Source: an uncultured Methanoregulaceae archaeon (GTDB lineage: Archaea; Halobacteriota; Methanomicrobia; Methanomicrobiales; Methanospirillaceae). From it: a stretch of 64,000 nucleotides of DNA. Location: contig CAVTTL010000001.1 in the NCBI GenBank assembly GCA_963737635.1, forward strand, positions 1,184,001 through 1,248,000, given 5' to 3'. Shown one piece after another: positions 62,661 to 64,000 of this stretch. The stretch's first letter is position 1; each line of letters opens with the position of its first letter. The translations under genes were made by a program, and so were the position numbers. The notes under the pieces are model-generated. The model did not search any database and had not been told where the DNA came from. It saw only the letters and a program-made list of their open reading frames with translations.

Positions 62661-64000
62661 ATGAAACTTACCGTAAAAATTCTGGATATCGCAGCTCAGA
62701 CGCGGAATACTGCTCAACCGTCTCGATGCACGAAGTATCGGTGTACTGGATGGCGATCGGGTACAGATCATCAGCCCGAAAAATGGGGTTGCCGTCACCG
62801 CTGTTGTGGCTACGACTTCCACTCTTGAAGGGCAGGGAAGTGTCGGCGTTTTCCGGAGTACGAACCAGCGGCTGAACCTTGCCAACGGTGAGAGTGCTGA
62901 AATACGGGAGGCTGACCGGCCTGCCTCGCTCGATTTTATCAAAAAGAAGATGGATGGGGGGCGCCTTTCAAAAGACGAGACCCTGACGATTATAAAAGAC
63001 GTGGTCAATGATGACATCTCCCCTGCCGAACTTACTGCATTCATAACCGCATCGTATATCAATCCCCTCGACATGGATGAAGTGGAACATCTCACCCGGG
63101 CCATGGTCGAGACGGGAGAACAGATAAAATTTGCATCGCGCCCCATAGTCGACAAGCACTCCATCGGAGGAGTTCCGGGTAACAAGATCTCCCTTCTGGT
63201 AGTTCCCATTATTGCCGCAAGCGGCCTCAAAATCCCCAAGACCAGTTCGCGTGCCATCACCGGTGCCGGGGGAACTGCTGATCTCATGGAAGTCCTTGCC
63301 AATGTTGAATTCTCCGCACACGAAGTTCAGGAGATGACCGAGAACGTTGGAGGAACTATTGTCTGGGGCGGTGCCACCAATATCGCTCCGGCAGATGACC
63401 GTATCATCCTCCAGGAATACCCGTTCAAAATCGACGCCCGTGGCCAGATGCTTGCAAGTGTTATGGCTAAAAAGTTTGCTGTTGGTGCAAACCTGGTGGT
63501 CATTGATATCCCGGTGGGCAACCACACCAAGGTACCAACAGTGCAGGATGGCAGGAAACTCGCTCGCGAGTTCATCGAACTCGGCGAACGCCTCGGCATG
63601 AAAGTTGAATGTGCCCTGACCTACGGTGATATTCCGGTCGGCCATAGTATCGGTCCCAATCTTGAAGTCAAAGAAGCTCTCCGTGTGCTCGAAGGTGCAA
63701 CCGAGCCCAACTCGTTTATCCAGAAGAGCGTATCGCTCGCCGGGATCGCCCTTGAGATGTCCGGCAAAGCAGCCCGGGGGACCGGTGCTCAGATGGCACA
63801 GGAAATCCTTTCAAAGGGAAAAGCGCTCGAGAAATTCAGGCAGATCATCGAGATCCAAGGGGGCAATCCGAAGGTCAGATCGGAGGATATCATGCCCGGC
63901 GAACACCAGTTTGTGGTTAATGCACCAGCATCCGGCTATATCATTGAGATGAACAACGTGTCCCTGATCACCCTTGCGCGGATTGCAGGGGCTCCTCATG
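62661..64000 (+). CDS. AMP phosphorylase (DeoA-like), indel ~62697, 3'-truncated
   Basis: [39 protein letters not shown] in a long open frame. Confidence 0.92.

Overview
Core chromosome of a hydrogenotrophic methanogen, most likely Methanomicrobiales (Methanoregula-like). This placement is inferred from frhADGB, a PGF-CTERM S-layer gene, mptA, archaeal Nop5/fibrillarin/Cbf5, aIF-2beta-TRAM and many PAS histidine kinases. The first ~22 kb is accessory-type: secreted and lipoproteins, a signal-transduction cluster (HTH-PAS kinase divergent from satP-MCP-cheW-RR-hybrid kinase-GTPase), MNT-HEPN and orphan HicB genes, tandem cyclophilins and a PEGA surface protein. The rest is mostly housekeeping (purL/purQ, frh, ilvC, rpoL, map, mdh, nadX/nadC, iorAB, thyA, S-layer, AMP phosphorylase), with 5 tRNAs and SRP RNA. 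About 15-16 single-base indels break otherwise intact genes, including essential ones, so they are most likely consensus errors rather than pseudogenes. No CRISPR array, transposase or integrase was seen. The best candidate for a novel system is an acetate channel (SatP) gene overlapping a soluble PAS-domain chemoreceptor gene and followed by cheW, with an unannotated 47-codon ORF upstream. All calls come from reading motifs by eye; no database searches were run.
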